DNA from: Nanobdellota archaeon
Lineage (GTDB): Archaea; Nanobdellota; Nanobdellia; Pacearchaeales; GW2011-AR1
Reading direction: 5' to 3'
Assembly: GCA_022703705.1 (NCBI GenBank)
Contig: JAKLDD010000003.1
Coordinates: forward strand, 1-51,766
DNA: 51,766 bases
This document shows, piece after piece, positions 28,634 through 36,862 of the stretch. Positions within the stretch are counted from its first letter, which is position 1. Every line of letters starts with the position of its first letter. The notes beneath the pieces were generated by a model. The model was not told the origin of the DNA. It ran no database searches and saw nothing but the letters and a program-made list of their open reading frames with translations. Both the position numbers and the translations under genes were made by a program.

Positions 28634-28930
28634 ATGTTTGTAAATATAATAAAATCTTACAGAAATGTAGTTGCAGTTTGTGATAAAGAATTAATAGGAA
28701 AGAGATTCGAAGAAGGAAAATTTCAACTTGATGTAAAAGAAAATTTCTTTAAGGGAAAAGAAGTTTCAGAAGAAGAAGTATTAAGAATAATGAAAAATAT
28801 GAAACTTGAAGATTCTACTTTTAATATTGTTGGAAAAAAAGCAGTGAATATTGCAATCAAAGCAGAAATAATAACAGAAGATGGTGTAGGAAATATTGCA
28901 AATATTCCTTTTGCACTTGTACTCATGTAA
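28634..28930 (+). CDS. DUF424-family archaeal protein
   Basis: VVAVCDKELIGKRFEEGKFQLDV..FFKG......NIVGKKAVNIAI........NIPFALV matches my recollection of DUF424. Confidence 0.5.
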   Translation: MFVNIIKSYRNVVAVCDKELIGKRFEEGKFQLDVKENFFKGKEVSEEEVLRIMKNMKLEDSTFNIVGKKAVNIAIKAEIITEDGVGNIANIPFALVLM

Positions 28931-29036
28931 AAGTGCGAGCTAATTTTAATATCGTTTAAATTAAAACTTGAAATCAGTATCTAAAAAAGATATAATAAAC
29001 CACCAACCTTATAAACTCCTACTTATTTTTTAAAAA

Positions 29037-29351
29037 ATGGAAAACAAAAATGATGAAGAAGTTCAAATAACAAGGGCAAAATTACCTAGGGGGGGAGAAG
29101 TAATAGGGGTAATTGAAGAACGTCTTGGTGGAAATAAAATGAAAGTTAATTGCCTTGATGGGAAAACAAGAAATTCAAGAGTCCCTGGAAGATTAAAAAG
29201 AAAACTTTGGCTTCGCCCAGGAGATATAGTAATCGTAGAACCTTGGGAACTTGATAAAACAAAAGGAGATGTAATTTTTAAATACCCTTCCAATCAAATT
29301 GAATGGTTAAAAAGAAATGGTTATCTCAAAACAGAAAAAGAAGAATTTTAA
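29037..29351 (+). CDS. eif1a: Translation initiation factor aIF1A
   Basis: S1-like OB pattern: GEVIGVIEERLGGNKMKVNCLDGKTRNSRVPGRLKRKLWLRPGDIVIVEPW. Confidence 0.9.
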   Translation: MENKNDEEVQITRAKLPRGGEVIGVIEERLGGNKMKVNCLDGKTRNSRVPGRLKRKLWLRPGDIVIVEPWELDKTKGDVIFKYPSNQIEWLKRNGYLKTEKEEF

Positions 29352-29417
29352 TTTTTAATTCAAATATTTAAAAATAACATAAGATAATTATATAAATTAA
29401 ATCTACTATTTTAGATT

Positions 29418-29930
29418 ATGATAAAATTGATTTCAGAAAAGATTACAAGGATAATCAAAAATAAAAAAAATCTTGAAAAAGATTTAAATGTAAAGATAAA
29501 AAACAGGGGCAAAGAGATATACCTTTCTGGAGAACCGGAGGATGAATATATTGCAGAAAAAATTATTGAAGCTCTTGAATTTGGATTTCCTTTTTCAACA
29601 GCAATGCTAATAAAAAAAGAAGATTTTGATTTTATGGCAATAAACATAAAAAGTTGTGCAAATCAAAAAAATCTTGAAAGAGTGCGGGGAAGAATTATAG
29701 GAAAAAACGGAAAAACTCTTAAAACCCTTTCAAATTTAAGCAATTGTAGTTTTGAGATAAAAAACAATCAAATAGGGATAATTGGAGACCCTGATTGCAT
29801 TAAAAATGCAGAAGAAGCATGTAAATTGCTATTAAAAGGCTCTAAACATGCAAATGTTTATTCTTACCTTGAGAAACATCATCCAGAACCTATTTTTGAT
29901 TTAGGGTTAAAAGAACCTAAAAAAAGATAA
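29418..29930 (+). CDS. KH-domain RNA-binding protein (Dim2/Pno1-like)
   Basis: Two KH-like units and a GXXG loop in RGRIIGKNGKTLKTL. It follows aIF1A, which is the usual archaeal position. Confidence 0.7.
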   Translation: MIKLISEKITRIIKNKKNLEKDLNVKIKNRGKEIYLSGEPEDEYIAEKIIEALEFGFPFSTAMLIKKEDFDFMAINIKSCANQKNLERVRGRIIGKNGKTLKTLSNLSNCSFEIKNNQIGIIGDPDCIKNAEEACKLLLKGSKHANVYSYLEKHHPEPIFDLGLKEPKKR

Positions 29931-29937
29931 ACAATAA

Positions 29938-29946
29938 TTTTAAATA
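29938..29946 (+). promoter_or_regulatory. TATA-box-like element upstream of the tRNA-Asn leader module
   Basis: TTTTAAATA is centred about 31 nt upstream of repeat copy 1 (29973). The spacer contains no comparable box. Confidence 0.5.
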
Positions 29947-29970
29947 AGGTTCTAGCTAACTTTGTATAAG

Positions 29971-30031
29971 ATGCCCTGGTAGCTCAGTTGGTTAAAGTTC
30001 TAAAGAACAAACCATCTTCGCCAAGGTATAT
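29971..30031 (+). repeat. Leader module: direct repeat of the tRNA-Asn 5' 22 nt (29973-29994) plus 37-nt spacer (29995-30031)
   Basis: GCCCTGGTAGCTCAGTTGGTTA occurs at 29973-29994 and again at 30032-30053, 22/22 identical (24/24 with the preceding AT). The spacer is AAGTTCTAAAGAACAAACCATCTTCGCCAAGGTATAT. Confidence 0.9.
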
Positions 30032-30153
30032 GCCCTGGTAGCTCAGTTGGTTAGAGCGCACGGCTGTTAAGCGCGAATAAGTTCGTTCATTCAACAATCT
30101 ATTCGTAAATTGCTGAAACCGTGAAGTCGTAGGTTCAAGTCCTGCCCGGGGCG
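30032..30153 (+). tRNA. tRNA-Asn (anticodon GUU) with ~48-nt intron
   Basis: Hand-folded cloverleaf. Acceptor GCCCTGG/CCGGGGC plus discriminator G. D arm GCTC-AGTTGGTTA-GAGC. Anticodon stem CACGG/CCGTG with loop CT-GTT-A...A. T arm GTAGG-TTCAAGT-CCTGC. CCA is not encoded. Confidence 0.8.
30070..30117 (+). other. tRNA-Asn intron (nominally 37/38; boundaries ambiguous by 1 nt because of flanking A runs)
   Basis: 55 nt lie between the two anticodon-stem strands, i.e. a 7-nt loop plus 48 nt. An internal helix CGAATA (30074-30079) / TATTCG (30100-30105) is visible. I could not draw a textbook bulge-helix-bulge by eye. Confidence 0.55.
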
Positions 30154-30155
30154 TA

Positions 30156-30161
30156 TTTTTT
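30156..30161 (+). terminator. Oligo-T tract after tRNA-Asn
   Basis: TTTTTT starts 3 nt after the discriminator base. Archaeal terminators are typically oligo-T tracts. Confidence 0.4.
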
Positions 30162-30220
30162 CAATTCTAAAAATATTTAAAACTATAAAACGTGATTATT
30201 TTGAATATATTTGAGTAAAA

Positions 30221-30358
30221 ATGAAAAAAGAGATAAAAATAAATGAATTAAAAGAACAAGTGCAAGAAGTAGAAAAAGAGTTACAAAGATTGCAAGTAGA
30301 AAATCAAAGAATAAAAGAACTTTTAAACATAGAAGAAAACGAAGAAGAAACATTTTAA
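30221..30358 (+). CDS. Small coiled-coil protein (45 aa), tentative
   Basis: MKKEIKINELKEQVQEVEKELQRLQVENQRIKELLNIEENEEETF has heptad-like Leu/Val spacing. I prefer it to the Leu/Phe-rich antisense track ORF 30183..30398. Confidence 0.3.
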   Translation: MKKEIKINELKEQVQEVEKELQRLQVENQRIKELLNIEENEEETF

Positions 30359-30401
30359 ATTTTTTAAAAAACCTTTTAACCACTAATTTTCTTATCATTA
30401 A

Positions 30402-31520
30402 ATGAAAGATAAAAACAAAAAAGTTCTTTTAGCAATGTCGGGTGGAGTGGACTCAAGTGTTGCTGCATTTCTTCTTAAAAAACAAGGATATGAAGTTATT
30501 GGGGCATTTATGAAAAATTGGAGTGATACCAAAGACCCTTTAACTGGCAGATGCGCTTGGAGGACAGAAAGAAAAATGGCATTAAAAATAGCTTCTCAAT
30601 TAAATATTCCATTAATAACTCTAGATTTTGAAAAGCAATACAGAAAAGAAGTCATTAACAAGATGTTCGAAAAATACAAAAAAGGAATTACACCTAATCC
30701 CGATATAGATTGCAATCAAAAAATAAAATTCCCCCTTCTTTTAAAAGAAGCCCAAAAAAGAAGCATAAATACAATTGCAACAGGGCATTATGCAAGAGTA
30801 AGAAAAAACAAAAATAGTATTTATGAACTTCTAAGAGGAAAAGATGAATCAAAAGATCAATCATATTTCTTGTATAAAATAACACAAAAAGAGCTTTCAC
30901 ATTGCTTATTTCCAATAGGGGAATATACTAAAGAGCAAATACGAAAAATTGCAAAAGAAAAAAATTTTCCAAACTACAATAAAAAAGGAACAGTCGGAAT
31001 ATGTTTTGTAGGGAAAGTGAATCTAAAAAAATTTCTTCAAAAAAAGATAAAATCAAAAAAAGGAAAAATTCTTAACCCCAATGGGCAAATTATTGGAGAA
31101 CATGATGGAATTTATTATTATACTATAGGGCAAAGATTAGGCCCAAGATATGGATTTGAAATAGACAGAGGAAATAAAAATAAACCCTCCAAATGGTATG
31201 TTGCAAAAAAGGATATAAAAACTAACATAATTACTGCAGCTCCTGAAAACCACCCTTTAAATTTTAGGAAAGAAATAATTGTAAAAGATTTGCATTTAAT
31301 ATCAGAAAAAGAGAATATCTTCAAAAATCAATCAACAAAAGTTTTTTCAAGAATAAGGCATGTTGGAGAATTACTTCCTAGCACACTTTATTATAATAAA
31401 AAAACAAAACAGTTTAAAATAACACTTAATGAAGCAATAACAGGAGTAAGTGAAGGACAAGCGGTGGTTATTTATGAAAAAGATAGGGTTCTTGGTGGAG
31501 GAGAAATAAAATTTAATTAA
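30402..31520 (+). CDS. mnmA: tRNA-specific 2-thiouridylase MnmA (bacterial-type)
   Basis: PP-loop VLLAMSGGVDSSVAAFLL, then NPDIDCN, ATGHYAR, DQSYFL and GICF. Confidence 0.85.
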   Translation: MKDKNKKVLLAMSGGVDSSVAAFLLKKQGYEVIGAFMKNWSDTKDPLTGRCAWRTERKMALKIASQLNIPLITLDFEKQYRKEVINKMFEKYKKGITPNPDIDCNQKIKFPLLLKEAQKRSINTIATGHYARVRKNKNSIYELLRGKDESKDQSYFLYKITQKELSHCLFPIGEYTKEQIRKIAKEKNFPNYNKKGTVGICFVGKVNLKKFLQKKIKSKKGKILNPNGQIIGEHDGIYYYTIGQRLGPRYGFEIDRGNKNKPSKWYVAKKDIKTNIITAAPENHPLNFRKEIIVKDLHLISEKENIFKNQSTKVFSRIRHVGELLPSTLYYNKKTKQFKITLNEAITGVSEGQAVVIYEKDRVLGGGEIKFN

Positions 31521-32851
31521 TTAAGAGAACTATCGATTTCATCCCCGTAAACCTCAAAAGGAATTTTTAGTTCACAAGATTTAACAGCAGTATCATTAAT
31601 AATTAAAATAGTTTCTCCAATTGCAAGAGGTGAGATTGTAGAAGAATTTCCAAAAGAGGGTTCTAATTTTATCACAGAAGAATTTTCTGCTCTCCAGGTT
31701 ATTTTATTTTTATCAGAATATCCCTTTACTGAAAATGTTGTGCTGATAGATCCTCCATAATTAGAAAGATATAAAGACATTCCCTGCAAACTTCCTTGAG
31801 TCAAGCCCAATTTACAATCAAAATTATTTCGAGGGTAACATTCTGCGTTTTCAAAATATTCTGTAGAAAAAGAGCCTTCAGACATATTAAGAAATATTGA
31901 AGTTAATTCATTTCTATTTATCTTGCAAATTTTTTCCTGATTAGTTGTAAAATATTTTTCATAATAGATACATCTTCCATCTTCTGCATACCCTCTTATC
32001 TCATAAGAAACAATAGGGGAAGACATACTAGAAGAACTTAAATTCCAAAAGGTCATAGTGCAGTTTTTTGAAGCCTCAATAAAACACGAATAATCAGAAT
32101 TACTCCCACAATCAATAATTGCTGGGCCGATAATAGTATCGTTTATAGTTACATTAATAGAATTATTAATTGCAGATTTTGTTTTATTAGTTAAATTAGA
32201 ATTGGGGGCACCATTAGATAAATTTGAGGAAAAATTATTGATTACATTTTTTCTTGTGCCATTTTCAAAATAGTTCTCTCCAGCAGACTCTATTTCAGAA
32301 CATTCTCTTTTTTCATAAGGAATATCATCCATTGTTCCGCAAGAATTTAAATCTTCACAAACTCTTGTTTGATTTTTCTCATTGCAATCACTCCACTTAG
32401 AACAATTCCAGTTTTCTTCACAAATTGTTAAGTATAATTTTTTAATTGAAATTACTGCTGTAGAATTTTCTATTTTTATTAATTTAACTTTTATATCATA
32501 GAGAGCATCATTATCTAAATCAATATATTTTGCTTCATTAAGTTCCAGTATAAATGTTACTGGTTCACTAAAAATAGTAATTCCTGCAGAATCAAATCCA
32601 ACAAAATCAATTTTTATTCCATGCTCCTCGTTTCCAAATTTAAATGATTTAGAATCATTATCTCCTAGCTCTAAAGAGGCACCTTTTATCAATTCTTTTT
32701 CTGAAATCTTTTCTTCTCCTTTTGGATTAAAAAGAATAAACAAAAGAATTACAATGCCTATAAAAATTAATCCAAAAAATATAAACCAAAATTTCTTATG
32801 AGTTTTTATATTAGAAACCTCATATTGATTTTTCACCTCTTCATAACTCAT
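31517..32851 (-). CDS. Membrane-anchored extracellular Cys-containing protein
   Basis: The first ATG is 32851 (MSYEEV); the track start is TTG. TM anchor FWFIFFGLIFIGIVILLFILF. It contains a Cys motif CEENWNCSKWSDCNEKNQTRVCEDLNSCG and an N/S-rich region with many N-x-S/T sequons. Confidence 0.6.
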   Translation of the reverse strand: MSYEEVKNQYEVSNIKTHKKFWFIFFGLIFIGIVILLFILFNPKGEEKISEKELIKGASLELGDNDSKSFKFGNEEHGIKIDFVGFDSAGITIFSEPVTFILELNEAKYIDLDNDALYDIKVKLIKIENSTAVISIKKLYLTICEENWNCSKWSDCNEKNQTRVCEDLNSCGTMDDIPYEKRECSEIESAGENYFENGTRKNVINNFSSNLSNGAPNSNLTNKTKSAINNSINVTINDTIIGPAIIDCGSNSDYSCFIEASKNCTMTFWNLSSSSMSSPIVSYEIRGYAEDGRCIYYEKYFTTNQEKICKINRNELTSIFLNMSEGSFSTEYFENAECYPRNNFDCKLGLTQGSLQGMSLYLSNYGGSISTTFSVKGYSDKNKITWRAENSSVIKLEPSFGNSSTISPLAIGETILIINDTAVKSCELKIPFEVYGDEIDSSLN

Positions 32852-32948
32852 TATTAAACAAACAACCAATAATTTATAAATATATTTAAAAAGACCACTA
32901 AAAAGAATAAAACCTTAAATTTAAATAATTAGATTTTCTATAATCTAT

Positions 32949-33503
32949 ATGGATTTAGATAAAACAATTAAGGCAAGAAGAAGCGTAAGAAAATTCAAAT
33001 CTTCTAAACCAAATTGGAGAGATATTCTGGAATGCATAGATGCTATGCGTTATGCTCCAATGGCAGGAAATAATTTTTCTATTAAAACAATTCTTGTAGA
33101 TGAAGAAGATAAAATTAAAGAAATTACAGAAGCTTCGCAACAATCTTTTGTCGGACAAGTAGAATATATTCTTGTTGTTTGCACAACTCCCTCTAGAACA
33201 GAAACTTCTTATGGAGAAAAAGGAAAAATATTTTTAAGGCAGCAAGCAGGAGCTGCAATACAAAACTTTCTTCTTAAAATAACTGAAAAAAAACTTGCAA
33301 CATGCTGGGTTGGATATTTTTCAGAAAAAGAAGTCAAAAGAATCCTTAGCATACCAGAAGAGATGCAAGTAGAAGCTTTGTTTCCAATAGGATATTCTAT
33401 GCAAAAACCAGAATTAAAAAGGAAATTGGAACTGGATGCTTTTTTGTATTTTAATGAATACGGAAATAAGAAAATGAATAAAATACAGAAAATAGATGCT
33501 TAA
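32949..33503 (+). CDS. Nitroreductase-family protein
   Basis: IKARRSVRKFKSSKP, AMRYAPMAGNN and QQAGAAIQN match the nitroreductase fold pattern. Confidence 0.75.
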   Translation: MDLDKTIKARRSVRKFKSSKPNWRDILECIDAMRYAPMAGNNFSIKTILVDEEDKIKEITEASQQSFVGQVEYILVVCTTPSRTETSYGEKGKIFLRQQAGAAIQNFLLKITEKKLATCWVGYFSEKEVKRILSIPEEMQVEALFPIGYSMQKPELKRKLELDAFLYFNEYGNKKMNKIQKIDA

Positions 33504-33910
33504 TCTGAATCACTTAAAAGATTTCTTAAATTATAATTCTTTGTGATCTTTGCATATTCATGCTGATAATCTTCAATCTGTTTTCCATTTAGTTTAAGTT
33601 TTCCTGTAATTAATCCTTTTATACTTTTTATAAATCCTAATTTATCTCCTGTTAATTGCATATACTCCATAACTAAATCACGTTTAGTTAATTCAAAATT
33701 ATCTTTATCAATAACAGTTATACCTTTTATTGCACATATACTTGCTTTACAAGAATCAAGCTCAAGAATCTTAGCCAAATTTTCAGGAGTATTTTTTCCC
33801 ATTAATATGTAAAGTAAAAACACCTTTATAAAAATTATTGTAATAAAAATAAACTTCCTGGAGATTTCTCTCCAGGTTTGAAAAAAATAAAAAAGCCTCG
33901 CGATTTTCAT
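33500..33910 (-). CDS. Hypothetical small protein immediately downstream of ftsZ (start uncertain)
   Basis: ATG 33910 gives a hydrophobic N-terminus (FIFITIIFIKVFLLYIL). ATG 33802 gives a 100-aa soluble form (MGKNTPENL...). The track start at 33919 is TTG. Confidence 0.4.
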   Translation of the reverse strand: MKIARLFYFFQTWREISRKFIFITIIFIKVFLLYILMGKNTPENLAKILELDSCKASICAIKGITVIDKDNFELTKRDLVMEYMQLTGDKLGFIKSIKGLITGKLKLNGKQIEDYQHEYAKITKNYNLRNLLSDSD

Positions 33911-33983
33911 CGGAGGCAATTTAAAAAATCGCTTTTCCGTGTTTTGAGGAAGTTTATAAAAGAAACCAGAAGGTGTCTTTTAT

Positions 33984-35063
33984 TTATCTCCAAACTTCTA
34001 TTCCCAAATCAGTCATTTCTCTTGATGCAGGGAATGTATGTTCGTCTATGTCCTTTCCAAGCACATATGGAGATTTAACTCCAGTCATTATTGTAATAAC
34101 ACGAACTTTACCCATGAACTCTTTGCTAATTCTTGCTCCAATAATAACCTGCGCTTCAGGACCCAAATTTTCTGACACTGTTCTACCAATAATATCAAAT
34201 TCTTCCAATTTCAAATCAGGACCACACGTTATATGAACCAAAGCTCCGCTAGCACCCCGATAATCCACATCAAGTAGAGGATGAGTAAGGGCTTGCCGAA
34301 CTGCTTCATTAACTTTATCCTGAGAATCACTTTCACCAATTCCAATAACTGAAACTCCGCCATTCTTCATTATTGCTGAAACATCAGCATAATCAAGGTT
34401 GATTAATGAAGGCAATGTAATTGTTTCTACAATACCTTTAATCATGGTGGATACAAGTTCATTTGCAACTGCAAAAGCCTGTTCAATAGGCAATTGTCCT
34501 GCAATATCAACTAATCTATTATTGTCTAGAACTATGCATGTGTCTGTAACTTCTCTTAATTCTTGCAATCCAAATTCTGCTTTATCAATTCTTGCTTTTT
34601 CTGATTCAAAGGGCATTGTAACAACACCAATAACTACTGCTCCTGTTTCCTTAGCAATTTGAGCAACAACTGGAGCTGCACCTGTTCCTGTTCCACCGCC
34701 TAAACCAGCTAAAACAAAAACCATATCAGCATTTCCAACTGCTTTTTTCAAATCAACAAGTGCTTCTTTAGCTGCTTCTCTACCTATTTTTGGTCTTCCA
34801 CCAGCACCAAGTCCTCTTGTTAATTCTTTACCAATAAGGATTTTTTCATCAGATTTTGTAACACTTAAATGAAGTGCGTCTGTATTACAAGCATAAATTG
34901 TAGCTCCATTAATTCCTTTGTTAAAAAGCCAAGTAACTGCATTGCTTCCCATTCCACCACATCCCATAACCTTAATATTTGCTTTACCAGCCTTTAATTC
35001 ATCAAAGTTGATGCTATGTGTTGCAGTATTTGCGATTGCCTCTTTTGCAAAATCTAGTACCAT
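33984..35063 (-). CDS. ftsZ: Cell division protein FtsZ
   Basis: Tubulin signature GLGGGTGTGAAPVVAQIAKE, plus IKVMGCGGMGSNAV. I prefer ATG 35063 (MVLDF), which is preceded by AGGAGG at 35079-35074. The track start at 35084 is TTG. Confidence 0.95.
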   Translation of the reverse strand: MVLDFAKEAIANTATHSINFDELKAGKANIKVMGCGGMGSNAVTWLFNKGINGATIYACNTDALHLSVTKSDEKILIGKELTRGLGAGGRPKIGREAAKEALVDLKKAVGNADMVFVLAGLGGGTGTGAAPVVAQIAKETGAVVIGVVTMPFESEKARIDKAEFGLQELREVTDTCIVLDNNRLVDIAGQLPIEQAFAVANELVSTMIKGIVETITLPSLINLDYADVSAIMKNGGVSVIGIGESDSQDKVNEAVRQALTHPLLDVDYRGASGALVHITCGPDLKLEEFDIIGRTVSENLGPEAQVIIGARISKEFMGKVRVITIMTGVKSPYVLGKDIDEHTFPASREMTDLGIEVWR

Positions 35064-35291
35064 TCTTTTTTTTCCTCCTTTCAATTGTATGTATATACGA
35101 TTGATTGGAAATTTTTACATTTCCTCTCCATTATATAAAATTCTGGTATGCAGAATTAAAAAATTAATACTGTTCTTATTTATAAGAATTGTGGAAGTAA
35201 AAAATAGATAATATTTTTAAAAAAATAGAAAAAATTGATTCATATTATTAGTAAAATAAGTTATTAAATACTAGAACATACTTAAAAGAAC

Positions 35292-35699
35292 ATGCAAAGT
35301 GAAATAATTTATCTTGTAAACACCAAAATTTTGACAATAAAAAATAAAGGGAGATGTTATCAAGGAATTATTGAAGGAGTAGAAAAAACCTTTACTAATT
35401 TAGAGCCATTAGGAAGACCTTTTTCAATAATAACAAAATCAAATAAAAATATTCCCTTAGAAGAAACTTTGGAATTCAAAGAGCTTTACAATCCATTTAC
35501 ACCTTTAGAACACTATTTAAGAGAAGCGGAAGTTGAATTTACGCTCTCCAGAAGAGAAAAAAATTTACCTCAATACTTAGGAATAGAATATGGAAATCCT
35601 GCAATCATGGAAGTTATTAATAACTTTGGAAGAGATGGATCCAACATAAAAAGAAGCATTTTTCCTTGCAAGTTTTACCTAATAAAAGATAAATTTTAA
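35292..35699 (+). CDS. Hypothetical protein
   Basis: 135-aa ORF. No motif recognised. Confidence 0.4.
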   Translation: MQSEIIYLVNTKILTIKNKGRCYQGIIEGVEKTFTNLEPLGRPFSIITKSNKNIPLEETLEFKELYNPFTPLEHYLREAEVEFTLSRREKNLPQYLGIEYGNPAIMEVINNFGRDGSNIKRSIFPCKFYLIKDKF

Positions 35700-36262
35700 A
35701 TTGCTTCCTCTAATTTTTCAATCTTACTCCATCCTCTTTTGAGCTTTGCATTAACTTGTTTTACAATTAACTTCAAAAAATCACCATTAACCAGAAGTTT
35801 TCCATTTTTGAAAATTGGAAATTCCAATCTTTCTGTGCTATTTAATTCTAAGACAATATTTCTACCCAAGGCATTTATTCCAGAACGCTTCCAACCAATT
35901 GACTTTGCTTTTTCCAAAAACCAAGAAGCCCCCTCTAAATTTTTAGATGCCACATGCAATATAGGGGGTTCTAATTTAAATTTTATTAATTCTTTCCTTC
36001 TTGAAAGAACTTTTAGAGAACTTTTTAATTCAGAAAAAGAAATCAATTCATGCCAAACTTTCAAAAATAAATCCGGAGATTTTTTATCTTTATCCAGCAT
36101 TATAACAATTCTCCCAGAACAAGAGGAAGTCGTATAAAAGTTTTCTTTGGAATTTATTTTATTGCATAAGGAGATTATTCTTTTATCCCATCCCCCAATA
36201 GAAGACTTATCTAATTTGGAAAGAATTGCTGACTTGCGTTGAAAAAAGAAATCTCTTTGCAT
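35696..36262 (-). CDS. taw3: tRNA wyosine-derivative methyltransferase Taw3/TYW3
   Basis: LDKSSIGGWDKRIISLCNKINSKENFYTTSSCSGRIV contains the TYW3 SSCSGR signature. Confidence 0.75.
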   Translation of the reverse strand: MQRDFFFQRKSAILSKLDKSSIGGWDKRIISLCNKINSKENFYTTSSCSGRIVIMLDKDKKSPDLFLKVWHELISFSELKSSLKVLSRRKELIKFKLEPPILHVASKNLEGASWFLEKAKSIGWKRSGINALGRNIVLELNSTERLEFPIFKNGKLLVNGDFLKLIVKQVNAKLKRGWSKIEKLEEAI

Positions 36263-36267
36263 TTTAT

Positions 36268-36756
36268 TTAAATTCTAAACTTTTTATAAGAAATATATTC
36301 CACATTAATTTTCTTTATTGACTCTTTAGGAAGTTGCCCAGAAACAAGTTCTTTAATTATTTTAACAGGTTTTGGTTTAAACCATTTTGAATAGGCTATT
36401 TCAATTAAAACTCCTTCTGCATAACCCAAACATAAGAGTAAATCAGTTTCTTCATTTAATTTTTCTGGTTGATTTCTCCAAGAATTACAATCAATTTTTT
36501 CACCCAAATCCAAATTGAGCCAAGAATAACCAAATTCTTTATCCTTCAAAGGGATAATAGAATAAACCTTTTTTCCCCCATTATTTAAATATTCTTTAGC
36601 AAAAAATTCAGCTACAGAACCCTTATCAGGAGTAACTACAACCCCATTACCCGAACGTGCAACAAGTTTAGATAATCCTTTAATTATTTTAACAGTATCC
36701 TTATTTACCCCTTCTAAAGAACTTAATTTTGTAGGCCCAATTATTCCTATTTTCAT
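36268..36756 (-). CDS. Rossmann-fold LOG/SLOG-like (TIGR00725-like) protein
   Basis: MKIGIIGPT...GNGVVVTPDKGSVAEFFAKEYLNNGGKKVYSIIP...LLCLGYAEGVLIEI has a weak LOG-like layout. Confidence 0.35.
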   Translation of the reverse strand: MKIGIIGPTKLSSLEGVNKDTVKIIKGLSKLVARSGNGVVVTPDKGSVAEFFAKEYLNNGGKKVYSIIPLKDKEFGYSWLNLDLGEKIDCNSWRNQPEKLNEETDLLLCLGYAEGVLIEIAYSKWFKPKPVKIIKELVSGQLPKESIKKINVEYISYKKFRI

Positions 36757-36862
36757 TTTTTTATGGATACTTCAAAATTTATAAATTTATCACTAAAAAA
36801 TTTATAGCAGACAAGGTAAAGATTTAAATATACATCATAGTTAAATTCTACAATAAAAAAAT

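Noticed and set aside
29973-30060. Attempt to fold copy 1 / spacer / copy 2 as a canonical hBHBh' intron in the D-loop
   Set aside because: I could not place two 3-nt bulges around a 4-bp helix with the required exon-exon pairing at any junction inside the repeat. GGTT-AAA-GTTC...GAAC-A-AACC forms an internal loop, not a staggered BHB. The intron idea is therefore kept only as one hypothesis, not called as a feature.
30183-30398. 71-aa minus-strand ORF between tRNA-Asn and mnmA
   Set aside because: Its Leu/Phe-rich translation is the antisense shadow of a K/E-rich coiled-coil ORF on the + strand (30221-30358), which I list tentatively instead.
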